This document shows, piece after piece, positions 17,819 to 29,722 of a stretch of DNA of 64,000 nucleotides. Source of the DNA: Myxococcota bacterium (GTDB lineage Bacteria; Myxococcota_A; UBA796; CAJQPC01). Numbering within the stretch: the first letter of the stretch is position 1; the number at the start of each line of letters is the position of its first letter. The stretch lies in contig JAZAMN010000030.1 of NCBI GenBank assembly GCA_036229005.1, positions 1 to 64,000 of the forward strand, read 5' to 3'. The position numbers and the translations under genes were made by a program. The notes under the pieces are model-generated. The model was not told the origin of the DNA. It worked only from the letters and a program-made list of their open reading frames with translations, and searched no databases.

Positions 17819-19521
17819 GCCTCACCTCCGACCACGGACAGCTTGGGGGGCTTTCCGGTGGCCCGGTCGACGGCCTCGTGGACGCGCTGGACCAGGTGCT
17901 GTTCGCCGACCTGTTCGATGATGTGGGCGGAGCGCAGGCGGTCCAACACGGGGCCGCGCACGCCAGCCAGCCACACCTGGATGTCGCGGCTCTTGAGGTC
18001 GGCGCAGATCTCCTCGAAGGCGCTCAGGCCGGAGGAGTCGATGCTGCCGATGACCTTGGCGTCCAGGACGATGTGGTGGATGGGCTCGGTCTGCTTCTCC
18101 AGCAGGTCGTTGACGGTCTGCTTGAGGAAGAGGCTGTTGGCGAAGTAGAGGGGCGCGTCCACGCGCACACACAGCACGCCGGGGGTGACGATGGCGTCGT
18201 CGTTGCGCTCCACGTTGCGGTAGACGTCCGAGTCGGGCAGGCGGCCGAGCACGGCCACGTGGGGGGAGGAGGTCAGCCACACAAATCGGATGAGGCTGGC
18301 GGCCACACCCACCAGGATGCCCTGCTCGATGCCCAAGCCCAGGGTGGCAACGAAGGTCAGGCCCATCAGGGCGAGGTCACCGCGGTCCACCTGCCAGAGG
18401 TGCTTGGCCTCCTTGATGTCGACCAGGCCGAACACGGCGGTCATGATGATGGCGGCCAGCACAGCCTTGGGCAGGAAGTGGAACAGGGGGGTGAGGAAGA
18501 GCAGGGTGGCGATGACGACCACGCCGGTGATGATGCCGGCCAGCCCGGTCTTGGCGCCGGCCTGGGCGTTGACCGCGGTGCGGGAGAAGCCGCCGGTGAC
18601 CGCGTAGCCGCCAAAGAAGAAGGCGCCGATGTTGGCCAGGCCCAGCCCCTTGAGCTCTTGGTTGGCGTCGACCTCGTACCCGTTCTTGCGGGCGAAGGCC
18701 TTGGCCACGGAGATGGACTCCATGAAGCTCACCAGGGAGATGGTGATGGCGATGGGGAGCAGCTCGCTGAGCACGCCAGCGTCCAGGGAGGGGAGCCCCG
18801 GGGCGGGCAGGCCGGCGGGCACGTCACCGACGATGGCCACGTTCAGGCCCAGGCCCCAGACGGCCAGGGTGCCCCCGACCACGACCAGCAGGAAGCGCGG
18901 GAAGCGAGGGGCGAACTTCTTGAGCACCATCAGGGTCACGATGCTGGCGGCGGCGATGCCCAGGGCGACCAGGTTGGTCTCGGGCGCCCGCTCGATGGCC
19001 TGCAGCAGGATCTCGTGCACGTGGTGGCTGCGCTTGATGTCCACGCCCAGCACGTGCTTGAGCTGGGAGAGCCCGATGATGATGGCGGCGGCGCTGGAGA
19101 AGCCGGCGATGACCGGGTGGGAGAGGAACTTGACCAGGAAGCCCAAGCGCACGACGCCCATGGCCAGCTGCATCACACCGACCATGCCGGCGAGGATGGT
19201 GGAGTAGAGGAGGTAGGAGGCGGCGTCGCCTTCGGCCACCAGCGGGGTCACGCCCGAGGCCACCAGCAGGGAGACCATGGCCACCGGGCCCACCGCGAGC
19301 TGCCGGCTGGTGCCGAACAGGCTGTAGAGGATGATGGGGATGGTCGAGGCGTAGAGGCCGACGATGGGGTCCAGCCCGGCGAGCATGGCGTAGGCCATCG
19401 CCTGCGGGATCAGCATGATGGCCGTGGTCAGGCCAGCGATCAGGTCGCTCTTGAAGAGCTCGCCGTCGTAGGACTTGAGCTGTCCGAGCAGCGGCAGGTT
19501 CTTGGTCAGGAACTGGGGCAT
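17815..19521 (-). CDS. SulP/SLC26 anion transporter with STAS domain
   Basis: DLIAGLT..PQAMAYA..GLY, GGFSRTAVN, STAS LYFAN...IDSSG. Confidence 0.95.
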   Translation of the reverse strand: MPQFLTKNLPLLGQLKSYDGELFKSDLIAGLTTAIMLIPQAMAYAMLAGLDPIVGLYASTIPIILYSLFGTSRQLAVGPVAMVSLLVASGVTPLVAEGDAASYLLYSTILAGMVGVMQLAMGVVRLGFLVKFLSHPVIAGFSSAAAIIIGLSQLKHVLGVDIKRSHHVHEILLQAIERAPETNLVALGIAAASIVTLMVLKKFAPRFPRFLLVVVGGTLAVWGLGLNVAIVGDVPAGLPAPGLPSLDAGVLSELLPIAITISLVSFMESISVAKAFARKNGYEVDANQELKGLGLANIGAFFFGGYAVTGGFSRTAVNAQAGAKTGLAGIITGVVVIATLLFLTPLFHFLPKAVLAAIIMTAVFGLVDIKEAKHLWQVDRGDLALMGLTFVATLGLGIEQGILVGVAASLIRFVWLTSSPHVAVLGRLPDSDVYRNVERNDDAIVTPGVLCVRVDAPLYFANSLFLKQTVNDLLEKQTEPIHHIVLDAKVIGSIDSSGLSAFEEICADLKSRDIQVWLAGVRGPVLDRLRSAHIIEQVGEQHLVQRVHEAVDRATGKPPKLSVVGGEA

Positions 19522-19559
19522 CGGGAGGGCTCCGGCTTGTGCGTTTGCCGGGGCATGGA

Positions 19560-19574
19560 GCAAGGTCTGTGCCA
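19560..19574 (-). promoter_or_regulatory. Sigma54 promoter for sulP-porin
   Basis: TGGCACAGACCTTGC on the minus strand, ~40 bp upstream of the ATG. Confidence 0.85.
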
Positions 19575-19640
19575 CCGGAAATCGGCTCGACCGAGGCATG
19601 GTGTTCCATTATGGTTCAAGGCCTCGCCAGGAGCTGTGTC

Positions 19641-20657
19641 ATGTCGGGTCGTAGGCGTCGTCCAGAGCGGAGCCCCCGCATCTTCCACGGGATGGTCAGC
19701 GGGGACCCCCGCATGTTCGCCCTCTTCCAGAAGATCCAGAAGGCGGCCAACTCCGACGCGACCGTGCTGGTCCGCGGCGAGTCGGGCACCGGAAAGGAGC
19801 TGGTGGCGCACGCCATCCACGCGGAGTCCCCCCGGCAGGCCAAGGCCTTTCGCGGCGTGAACTGCGCGACCTTCACCCCCGAGCTGCTGGCCTCCGAGCT
19901 CTTTGGCCACACCAAGGGCGCCTTCACGGGCGCGGTCCGGGACAAGGCGGGGCTGCTTGTGCAGGCGGACGGGGGCACCCTCTTCCTGGACGAGGTCGCG
20001 GAGATGCCCGTGGACCTGCAGGCCCGGCTGCTCCGCGTGCTCCAGCTCCAGCGCTTCACCCCCGTGGGCGGCACCTCCCCGGTCGAGGTCGACGTGCGCT
20101 TCATCTCGGCGACCAACGCGCCCCTGCGCCGCATGGTGGCCAAGGGCCGCTTCCGCGAGGACCTGATGTACCGGCTCCGCGTGGTGGTGCTCTACCTGCC
20201 GCGTCTGGCGGAGCGGGAAGGGGACCTGGAGCTCTTGACCTGGCACTTCATCGACCAGTTCTCCCAGCGCAGCGAGCGCCGCATCCACGCCATCGACGAG
20301 CGCGCCTGGCAGGCGATGATGGCCTACCCCTGGCCCGGCAACATCCGGGAGCTGCGCAACAACCTGGAGTCCGCGTTCGTCCTGGGCGAAGGCCCGGTCC
20401 TCCACCTGGACGAGCTCGCCCCCGAGGTGCAGGGCCTGGGCGCGGTCCCCGGGGATGACCACTGGTCCTCCGCGAGCCAGCCGGTCCCCCTCGCCCCCAT
20501 CGCGCCCGAGCCGATCAACCTGGAGCAGCTCGAGCGGGAGCGGATCCTGGAGGCCTGGCACACCCACAGGGGCCGCCGCTCAAAGATGGCGGAGGCGCTG
20601 GGGATGAGCCGCTCCACCCTCTACCGGAAGATGAAGAAGCTGGGCCTGGACCCCTGA
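19641..20657 (+). CDS. Sigma54-dependent activator (AAA+ and Fis HTH, no N-terminal sensor)
   Basis: GESGTGKE, GAFTGA, LFLDEV, WPGNIREL, ALGMSRSTLYRK. Confidence 0.92.
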   Translation: MSGRRRRPERSPRIFHGMVSGDPRMFALFQKIQKAANSDATVLVRGESGTGKELVAHAIHAESPRQAKAFRGVNCATFTPELLASELFGHTKGAFTGAVRDKAGLLVQADGGTLFLDEVAEMPVDLQARLLRVLQLQRFTPVGGTSPVEVDVRFISATNAPLRRMVAKGRFREDLMYRLRVVVLYLPRLAEREGDLELLTWHFIDQFSQRSERRIHAIDERAWQAMMAYPWPGNIRELRNNLESAFVLGEGPVLHLDELAPEVQGLGAVPGDDHWSSASQPVPLAPIAPEPINLEQLERERILEAWHTHRGRRSKMAEALGMSRSTLYRKMKKLGLDP

Positions 20658-20668
20658 AGGGACCACCG

Positions 20669-21145
20669 CTACCAGTCCTGCTGTCCGGTCCCCGGGCTGC
20701 ACTCCAGGCCAAAGCGAGGTGCGTCTGAGCCCGCGCGCATCAGGCCCCTCCCGTACCAGGCCTCGACCTCGGGGCTGGGGGAGGTGGCGTGGGGCGTCAG
20801 GCTCAGGCGCAGCCAGTCGCCGCCGTCCACCAGGCAGGTGAACGCCCCCACCAGCCCCTCGTCGTGGACCACGATGGTGTAGGTCCCTCGGCGGGCATCG
20901 CGGTCGTAGGCCACCGAGCAGTGGGCCTTCCGCCGGGGGACGGCCTCGCTGGTGACCGCGTCGAAGAGCCGCCCCTGGGCCTGGCATTCGCCGCCGACGC
21001 CGCAGCTTGACACGCCACGGACGGGCACTTTGGCCACCAGCGCGCAGCCACGCGGGGGGCCGGGGATCTCAGGCACCCTGGCCTGGGACAGCTCCGAGGG
21101 GGGAGCCCCGTGCAGGCAGGCGAGCAAGGTCAGCAGAGGGGTCAT
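20669..21145 (-). CDS. Hypothetical Cys-rich secreted protein or lipoprotein
   Basis: LLTLLAC N-terminus, several Cys. Confidence 0.45.
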   Translation of the reverse strand: MTPLLTLLACLHGAPPSELSQARVPEIPGPPRGCALVAKVPVRGVSSCGVGGECQAQGRLFDAVTSEAVPRRKAHCSVAYDRDARRGTYTIVVHDEGLVGAFTCLVDGGDWLRLSLTPHATSPSPEVEAWYGRGLMRAGSDAPRFGLECSPGTGQQDW

Positions 21146-21228
21146 GGTCCTTCCATCGACACCATGCTCCCACGACTTGATGCTCTCGGGGCTGGTGTAG
21201 ACTGCGCGTCGGCAAAAGAGGTGACTCC

Positions 21229-22953
<1,725 letters not shown>

Positions 22954-23014
22954 TTCTACCGGCCCGGGTTTCGGAACTTGTGATTCGGAGAACGGGTCGC
23001 GTTAGCTGGCGCGG

Positions 23015-24265
23015 GTGAACCGCAAGCTCCTACAACTCCTGCTCGGCGCGCTCCTGATGGGGGGCGTGCTGGGCGGAATCGCGTGGTACCGCCACCCCGA
23101 CCGCGTCGCCCTCCAGCCTCACCTGGTCGACGAAGAGGTGCGCGCGGACGACCTCGCGCAGCTCCAGCAGGCCCTCGCTGGCGCCCAGAGCTCCGAGGTT
23201 GAGGGGCCGGACCTGTTGGTCGTGGTTGTGGACGGCCTGGGCGCGCAGGACCCCAGCCTCTCCTCCCTGGAGGGCTTCCAGCGCAGCGATCTGCTTGCCT
23301 GCAGCGAACACCCCGTCTCCGCCCAGGCCTGCCTGCTGACCGGGCTGCCCCCCAGCGGCCACGGCGCGTATATGAATCAAGGCCTCAACGGGCTCCGGCG
23401 GCAGGTGCCCACGCTGGTCACGCGGGCGCACGATGCGGGCTGGACCACCCTGGGGTTCACCGGAGAGCGCAAGCTGCGCAGCGCCCGGACCGGCTTGGGG
23501 CGCGGCTTTGACGTCTACCTGGGCGAGGACCTGGCCCGCGGCTCCGAGAAGTTCCCCTATGCCCAGGCCGACCGGGTGGTGGACCTGGCGCTGGAGGGCC
23601 TGCATCGAAGCTCGGGCCGGCGCCTGATCTGGGTGCAGCTCGCCGATGGGCGCCCCCCCTGGATCCCGCGGCGTGGCTACGTCGATCCCCAGGGGAGCTT
23701 GGATGCCTACTACCTGCCAGAGGGGGGTACACGGCCTCGGGATCTGGGCTTCCGGGAGGCCCACAGAGCGCTGATGGATGACGGCGAGGTCCCCCCGGCG
23801 GCGATCCAGACCTGGGAGACCTCCCGGGCCGCGGAGTTCGCGTTCATCGATGCGGAGCTGAGTCGGCTGCTCGCGGGCCTGGAGCCGGACACGCAGGTGG
23901 TGGTCGTGGGCTCCGTGGGGACCGAGTTCCCCGGGCACCTGGAGCTGGGTGGCGTGCTCTCGGACTCCGTTTTGCGCGTCCCCCTCTACACCCGCAACCT
24001 GAGCCTGGACGCCCACACCCAGATCGAGCTGGCCCAGGCCCTGTCGGCGGAGCTGGCCCTGGTCCCGCTGTGGCGCTGGTCGGTGGACGACCCGGGCATC
24101 GCCGAAGAGCACCGCGGCGGCAAGCTGCGCCTGTGGATCGACGGGCAGATCGATGACCCCCACGCGCCCCTGACCGACCCCGAGCTGGCGGCGCGGGCTG
24201 CGGCCTGGCGCGCCGGTGTGTCCTCGCAGGCGGACGCGCGCGCTGAGATGGAGGAGAGCCCGTGA
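23015..24265 (+). CDS. Degenerate sulfatase-like protein
   Basis: VVVVDGL, LLTGLPPSGHG, GLGRGFD. The SDHGE motif is replaced by GSVG. Confidence 0.6.
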   Translation: MNRKLLQLLLGALLMGGVLGGIAWYRHPDRVALQPHLVDEEVRADDLAQLQQALAGAQSSEVEGPDLLVVVVDGLGAQDPSLSSLEGFQRSDLLACSEHPVSAQACLLTGLPPSGHGAYMNQGLNGLRRQVPTLVTRAHDAGWTTLGFTGERKLRSARTGLGRGFDVYLGEDLARGSEKFPYAQADRVVDLALEGLHRSSGRRLIWVQLADGRPPWIPRRGYVDPQGSLDAYYLPEGGTRPRDLGFREAHRALMDDGEVPPAAIQTWETSRAAEFAFIDAELSRLLAGLEPDTQVVVVGSVGTEFPGHLELGGVLSDSVLRVPLYTRNLSLDAHTQIELAQALSAELALVPLWRWSVDDPGIAEEHRGGKLRLWIDGQIDDPHAPLTDPELAARAAAWRAGVSSQADARAEMEESP

Positions 24266-25707
24266 GTGTGCTTTGGTGGGCCCTGCTGGCTTGCGGCCCC
24301 GTTCAGCCTGTTGACCCGGTGACCGAGGCTGTCGCGGCGGATCGCGCCCTGCTGGACGCCGCGCTGGAGGAGCTGCCGCCCACCCAGGACGGCGGGCCCA
24401 GCGTGGTGATCATCGTCCTGGACACCCTGCGCGCGGACCACCTGGGTGCCTACGGCGATGACCGGGGGCTGATGCCCACCCTGGACGCCTTCGCGTCGGA
24501 GGGGCGGGTCTACAGCGAGATGCAGTCGGTCGCGCCCTGGACGCTGCCCAGCCACGCCAGCCTCTTCACGGGCGTGTGGCCCATCCACCACGGCGCGCAC
24601 GGCGCTCCGCCTGACTCCAAGGCCAAGGCGCTGGGCCTGGGCAAGCAGCTCCCCACCCTGGCCGAGCGGATGCAGGAGGCCGGCTACACCACGGTCGGCG
24701 TCGCCGCGAACAAGGCCTTCCTGGACAAGCGCTGGGGCCTCTCGCGGGGCTTCCAGCTCTGGCTCTGCACCGAGCTGACCTCGGCGGGGAACATCAGCTA
24801 CACCCAGGGGAACCGCATCTCGGCGTTGGGCGGTGCGGTCGCGCAGGCGCGGGGGCAGGGCAAGCTGCTCCTCTTCCTCAACTACATGGAGGCGCACTCC
24901 CCCTGGGTGGCGCGCGAAGGCTACGTGCAGGACCCCTCCCGGCTGCACCGGGAGTACATGTCCAAGGCCGGCTCTCTGCGGGGGCGGCGCTACGAGTTCG
25001 GCGACTACAGCCACGGGGTGAACGCGGGGCGGTACCCGGCCAGCCCCGAGGCGCTCGAGACCTGGGAGGAGGTCTACGCGGCCGAGCTCCGCTACCTGGA
25101 CGACCAGCTCGCGGCGCTGTTCACGGAGCTGGAGGCGGGCGGCCACGACTTCGAGCAGGACTACACCATCATCCTGAGCGATCACGGCGAGTTCCTGGGG
25201 GAGATGGATCGGGTCGAGCACTCCAAGGGGCTCTACGAGATCGGCGTCCGCGTGCCGCTGATCGTGCGCGGGCCGGGCATCCAGGCCGGGGTGGACCCCA
25301 CGCCCATCCAGACCGCCCAGGTGCCCGACCTGCTGCTGGGGTTGCTGGGCCTGCCGCTGCTCAACCCGGACAGCCAGGCCGATGCCCTGTTGGTCAGCGA
25401 GCAGTACTGGGCGCGCAGCAAGGCCCGCAAGCGCAAGGGCCAGCGCAAGCGCTTCGACCACCTCTTCCGCAGCTACACCCTGGATGGGCACAAGCTGCTG
25501 CTGCGCGACGATGGCCCCCCCGAGGCCTATGACCTGCGCGCAGACCCCGCTGAGGAGCAGAACCTGTACCCGAGCGCCCCCTGGATCCCGGAGCTGCAGA
25601 GTCAGGCCGACGCCTGGCTGAGCGCCCAGACCGTGGGGGAGGGAACAGAGACCGCTCTGGACGCCGAGGCCGAGGAGGCGCTGCGCGCGCTCGGCTACAT
25701 CGAGTGA
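24262..25707 (+). CDS. Sulfatase-like lipoprotein
   Basis: IVLDTLRADH, PWTLPSHASLFTG, LSDHGE, LRALGYIE. Confidence 0.85.
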   Translation: MSVLWWALLACGPVQPVDPVTEAVAADRALLDAALEELPPTQDGGPSVVIIVLDTLRADHLGAYGDDRGLMPTLDAFASEGRVYSEMQSVAPWTLPSHASLFTGVWPIHHGAHGAPPDSKAKALGLGKQLPTLAERMQEAGYTTVGVAANKAFLDKRWGLSRGFQLWLCTELTSAGNISYTQGNRISALGGAVAQARGQGKLLLFLNYMEAHSPWVAREGYVQDPSRLHREYMSKAGSLRGRRYEFGDYSHGVNAGRYPASPEALETWEEVYAAELRYLDDQLAALFTELEAGGHDFEQDYTIILSDHGEFLGEMDRVEHSKGLYEIGVRVPLIVRGPGIQAGVDPTPIQTAQVPDLLLGLLGLPLLNPDSQADALLVSEQYWARSKARKRKGQRKRFDHLFRSYTLDGHKLLLRDDGPPEAYDLRADPAEEQNLYPSAPWIPELQSQADAWLSAQTVGEGTETALDAEAEEALRALGYIE

Positions 25708-26372
25708 GCCGGGTCAGCCTGCATGTGCACCACTTTCGGGGTCAGCGGATGTGGTCGCTGCTGCAGATGCAGACCGCCCACCGCGGGCTGGCGGCCACCC
25801 CCGGGCTCTCCTTCTACAAGCTGCTGGGGACCGGCCAGGGCGCCTTCTCCGTCTGGCCCGATTTGGACACCTACGCGCTGCTCACCGTCTGGGACAGCGA
25901 CGCCGATCGCCAGCGCTTCGAGGCCCAGAGCCCCCTGCTCGCCGAGCGCCGCGAGCGGGCTGAGCATGAAGACCGCTTTTTGCTGGAGCCCCTGCACTGC
26001 CACGGCGCCTGGGACGGCCAGCAGCCCTTCCCGGAGCCCTCCCGCAAGCAGAGCCCGCACCCCGTCGGCGTGATCACCCGGGCCACCATCCGCGCCCGGC
26101 GCCTGCGGGAGTTCTGGGAGCACGTGCCCCAGGCCGCCGCCGCCATCCAGTCCGCCCAGGGCGTGCGCTGGTTCAAGGGCATCGGCGAGCTCCCCTGGAT
26201 CCAGCAGGCCACCTTCTCGGTCTGGGAGGACATGGAGGCCGTGCGCACCTTCGCCTACAAGCACCGCGTGCACGCGGAGATCGTCAAGAAGACGCGCCAG
26301 CGCCAGTGGTACAGCGAGGACCTCTTCGCCCGCTTCGCCGTGCTGGAGCACGCCCAGGAGACTCTGCGATGA
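25704..26372 (+). CDS. crtA: CrtA-like carotenoid monooxygenase/hydroxylase
   Basis: FYKLLGTG, HGAWDG, ITRATIR, GIGELPWIQQATFSVW, WYSEDLFARF. Confidence 0.8.
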   Translation: MSRVSLHVHHFRGQRMWSLLQMQTAHRGLAATPGLSFYKLLGTGQGAFSVWPDLDTYALLTVWDSDADRQRFEAQSPLLAERRERAEHEDRFLLEPLHCHGAWDGQQPFPEPSRKQSPHPVGVITRATIRARRLREFWEHVPQAAAAIQSAQGVRWFKGIGELPWIQQATFSVWEDMEAVRTFAYKHRVHAEIVKKTRQRQWYSEDLFARFAVLEHAQETLR

Positions 26373-27832
26373 ACTGCATCGTCGTCGGCGGGGGAGTGGG
26401 TGGCCTGGCCTCTGCGATCCGCCTGGCAGCCGCCGGCCACCAGGTCCAGCTCTTCGAGGCCAACGCCTATCTGGGCGGCAAGCTCTCCACCTTCGAGTTG
26501 GGCCCCTACCGCTTCGACGCCGGCCCCAGCCTCTTCACCATGCCCCAGCTCGTCACCGAGCTCTACGCCCTCTGCGGCCAGGACCCCGCGGAGTTCCCCT
26601 ACAGCCGCAAGGACATCGGCTGCCACTACTTCTGGGAGGACGGCACCCGCCTGCAGGCCCACGCCGACCGCCAGCAGTACCTCGACCATGTGCAGCAGGT
26701 GCTGGGGGTGGAGCCGCGAGTCCTGGGCGCGTACCTGGACCAGGCCGCCCAGAAATACCAGCTCACCGCCTCCCTCTTCCTGGAGCAGAGCCTCCACCGC
26801 CTGGACACCTGGCTCTCCGGCGACACCCTGCGCGCCATGGCCCGCCTGGGCAGCCTGGAGCTCTTCTCCAGCCTCCACCAGGTCAACGAGCGCCACCTGC
26901 GCGAGCCCCACCTGGTCCAGCTCTACGACCGCTTCGCCACCTACAACGGCTCGGACCCCTACCGCACGCCGGGCATCATGAGCCTCATCCAGCACCTGGA
27001 GAGCCACTACGGCACCTTCATCCCGCGACACGGAATGGGACAGATCCGGGACGCTCTGGAACAGCTCGCCCGCCAGCAGGGCGTCCAGATCCACCTCAGC
27101 GCCCCCGTCGAGCGCATCGTCATCGAGTCCGGCCGCGCCGTCGGGGTCCAGGTCGGAGGGGAGCGCGTGGCGGCCGAAGCCGTCGTCTCCAACATGGACA
27201 TCGTGCCCACCTACCGACGCCTGTTGCCGGATCAGCCCGCCCCCGAGGCCACCCTGAGCCAGGAGCGCAGCAGCTCCGCGCTGATCTTCTACTGGGGGAT
27301 GGACCGCAGCTACCCCCAGCTCGGCCTGCACAACATCCTGTTCTCCGACGACTACCGCGGCGAGTTCGAGGCCCTGTTCTCCGGCCGCATGCACCCCGAT
27401 CCCACCGTCTACGTCAACATCACCAGCAAGGACGTCCCCCAGGACGCGCCCCCCGGGCACGAGAACTGGTTCGTGATGGTGAACGCCCCCCACGACAAGG
27501 GGCAGGACTGGGAGGGGATGCGTGAGCAGACGCGCGAGCGGACCCTCACCAAGCTGGAGCGGGTGTTGGACGCACCCATCAGGGATCACATCGCCGTCGA
27601 GGACACGCTGGACCCGCCCACCATCCAGAGCCGCACCGGCAGCCACCTGGGCGCGCTCTATGGCGCCGCCAGCAACGACCAGAGCGCCGCCTTCCTGCGG
27701 CACCCCAACTTCTCCCGCCGGCTGGATGGCCTCTACTTTGTCGGGGGCAGCGTCCACCCCGGCGGGGGGCTGCCCCTGTGTCTGCTCAGTGCGCGGATCG
27801 TCGCGGAGCTGGTGGGCCCCGCGCGGCCCTGA
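26369..27832 (+). CDS. crtD: CrtI-family desaturase, 1-hydroxycarotenoid 3,4-desaturase-like
   Basis: GGGVGG FAD motif, FDAGPSLFTMP, GGSVHPGGGLPLC. Confidence 0.8.
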   Translation: MNCIVVGGGVGGLASAIRLAAAGHQVQLFEANAYLGGKLSTFELGPYRFDAGPSLFTMPQLVTELYALCGQDPAEFPYSRKDIGCHYFWEDGTRLQAHADRQQYLDHVQQVLGVEPRVLGAYLDQAAQKYQLTASLFLEQSLHRLDTWLSGDTLRAMARLGSLELFSSLHQVNERHLREPHLVQLYDRFATYNGSDPYRTPGIMSLIQHLESHYGTFIPRHGMGQIRDALEQLARQQGVQIHLSAPVERIVIESGRAVGVQVGGERVAAEAVVSNMDIVPTYRRLLPDQPAPEATLSQERSSSALIFYWGMDRSYPQLGLHNILFSDDYRGEFEALFSGRMHPDPTVYVNITSKDVPQDAPPGHENWFVMVNAPHDKGQDWEGMREQTRERTLTKLERVLDAPIRDHIAVEDTLDPPTIQSRTGSHLGALYGAASNDQSAAFLRHPNFSRRLDGLYFVGGSVHPGGGLPLCLLSARIVAELVGPARP

Positions 27833-27925
27833 GAGCGGCGGGGTGTTCGCCCTCACCCAGCCGAACTGGGGCTTTTCACACACCCCCTGGGGTGCCCCAA
27901 AGTCGGCCTCCACCCCGGAGAGCGA

Positions 27926-28714
27926 TCAGGCCTTGGCGGGCAGGGCCAGCAGCGGCTGGCGCAGGTTGCGCATCACCTGGTGGGTCTTGGAGCCCGTCAG
28001 CACGTCGCGCAGGGAGTCCTGGCCCTCGGTGCCCATGACCACCAGATCCACCTTGAGGCGGGCCGCCATGCCCACGATGGCCTCGACCACCTTGCCCTCC
28101 ATGCGGTCCTGGGTCCACTTGACCCCGGGCAGGTCGGGCAGTTCGACGGTCGCCGGGCTGGTGCCGACGCTCAGCAGGTGCACCTCGACCTGGTGCTGCT
28201 CGGTCAGCGCGCCGATCAGCGCCGCCGTCTTGTCCACCGCCAACTGGTTCAGGGCGGCGTCCCGCGAGCAGGGGATCAGCACGCGCTTGAGCCGCAGCGT
28301 GCCCGTGGCCGGCTCCACGAATCCCTTGGCCTGGGTGGGCACGAACAGGGTGGGCAGCCCGCTGGAGAGCGCCACCGACTCGGACACGCTGCCCTGCGCC
28401 AGGCGGGAGAGCCCTTGGCGCTGGTGGGTGCCGACGACCAGCAGCTCCACGTCCTCGCGGGAGAGGGCGTCCAGCAGCGTGTCGACGGGATCCTCGCAGC
28501 AGGAGTGCACCTTGCGGCTGTTCTGGACGCGCTGGGTCCAGTTCCACTGCTGGAGCAGCCCGTTGGCCTCGGGCAGCATGTTCGGGGTCGCCGTGTCGGA
28601 GGCGTGCAGGGTCAGCAGGGGGGCCTTCTTGCGGGCGGCGAGGGCCACCGCGTAGGCGAATGCGTGCTCGGACTCGGGGGAGAGATCGGTCGCGTAGCAG
28701 ATCTGGGCGCTCAT
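27926..28714 (-). CDS. Universal stress protein (tandem USP)
   Basis: ATDLSPES, LLVVGTH..GSVSESV, LVVMGT..GSKT. Confidence 0.9.
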   Translation of the reverse strand: MSAQICYATDLSPESEHAFAYAVALAARKKAPLLTLHASDTATPNMLPEANGLLQQWNWTQRVQNSRKVHSCCEDPVDTLLDALSREDVELLVVGTHQRQGLSRLAQGSVSESVALSSGLPTLFVPTQAKGFVEPATGTLRLKRVLIPCSRDAALNQLAVDKTAALIGALTEQHQVEVHLLSVGTSPATVELPDLPGVKWTQDRMEGKVVEAIVGMAARLKVDLVVMGTEGQDSLRDVLTGSKTHQVMRNLRQPLLALPAKA

Positions 28715-28745
28715 GGGTGCAGCTCCTTGGTTGCCCAGAGCTCAA

Positions 28746-28760
28746 GCAAGGCCCGTGCCA
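28746..28760 (-). promoter_or_regulatory. Sigma54 promoter for the USP gene
   Basis: TGGCACGGGCCTTGC on the minus strand. Confidence 0.8.
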
Positions 28761-28779
28761 GGATCCCCGGCGCGCCGCC

Positions 28780-29604
28780 TCAGCTCCAGCGCGCGTAGGC
28801 CGCCGCGGCTCTGAGGGCGGGACCCGAGGGGCTGGAGGGTGTCCCCGCCGCGGGATCCCCACCCTCTGCACCCCCGGAGCCCACACCACCCTCTGCACCC
28901 CCGTCCACCCGCGAGGTCCCCTCGGCGCCCTCCACCCCGCTGGGGTGTTCCTCCCCAGTGTCCCGGGATGACTCACCAAGCGGGGAGACGTCAGTCTCCT
29001 CCGCCGGGGAGGTCTTCGCCTCCTCCGAGGCTCCGGCCTCCCCGGCCTCCTCCGAGGCTCCGGCCTCCCCGGCCTCCCCGGCCTCCTCCGCCGCGGCCTC
29101 GGCCTCCTCCGCCTGCTCGGCCACCATCTGGGCCCGCGCCTCGGACGCCATCTGGGCCGCCTTGGAGGCCACCGACTTGTCCGCCGCGGAGGGCTGGGCG
29201 GGGGCCAGGGCCGCCGCCCGGATCCGGGCCGCCTTCTGGACCGTCTCTTCGGGCGTCGAGCCCGGCGAGGTGTCGATGGGGACGTGCCCGCCGATCGCGT
29301 AGTCCTTGCCGTCAGGGCCCTTCTCGGTGGTGTAGTGGATCGAGCCCGTCAGGCCGCCGCCGACCGCCTTGTGGGCCTGCTCGTGGGCGCGGACCTCGGC
29401 GTCGCGCGCCTTCATGGCCTTGATCTGCGCCTTGGCCTCCTCGGAGAGCTCGACGCGGGCGGCGGGCGCCTCTTCGCCGTTGCGTTCCGTGGCGGAGGCG
29501 GAGCCGGACCCGGTGTCCTCGCCTGCAGACTGAGGGCCGCTGGCTGGGGTGGGGGAGGGATCCGAGGCGGTGGGCCACGGTGTGGGGCTCGCGCTGATCT
29601 CCAT
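28780..29604 (-). CDS. SprA/SrpA-related protein with acidic low-complexity tail
   Basis: RDAEVRAHEQAH, GPDGKDYAIGGHV, AALAPAQPSAAD; EEAGEAGAS repeats. Confidence 0.8.
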   Translation of the reverse strand: MEISASPTPWPTASDPSPTPASGPQSAGEDTGSGSASATERNGEEAPAARVELSEEAKAQIKAMKARDAEVRAHEQAHKAVGGGLTGSIHYTTEKGPDGKDYAIGGHVPIDTSPGSTPEETVQKAARIRAAALAPAQPSAADKSVASKAAQMASEARAQMVAEQAEEAEAAAEEAGEAGEAGASEEAGEAGASEEAKTSPAEETDVSPLGESSRDTGEEHPSGVEGAEGTSRVDGGAEGGVGSGGAEGGDPAAGTPSSPSGPALRAAAAYARWS

Positions 29605-29722
29605 TCTCAGGACAACGGATCAAGGCTGGCGGCGTTGAGTGCAAGGGGGCGCGCCTTGCTTCCGGTCGGGCTGGACCTGTACACTCGGTCCCATTCCGGT
29701 CTCTGTTCCCAAGGAGCGCGAG

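Noticed and set aside
29018..29110. 27-bp tandem repeats
   Set aside because: Coding low-complexity EEAGEAGAS repeats in the SprA-like gene.
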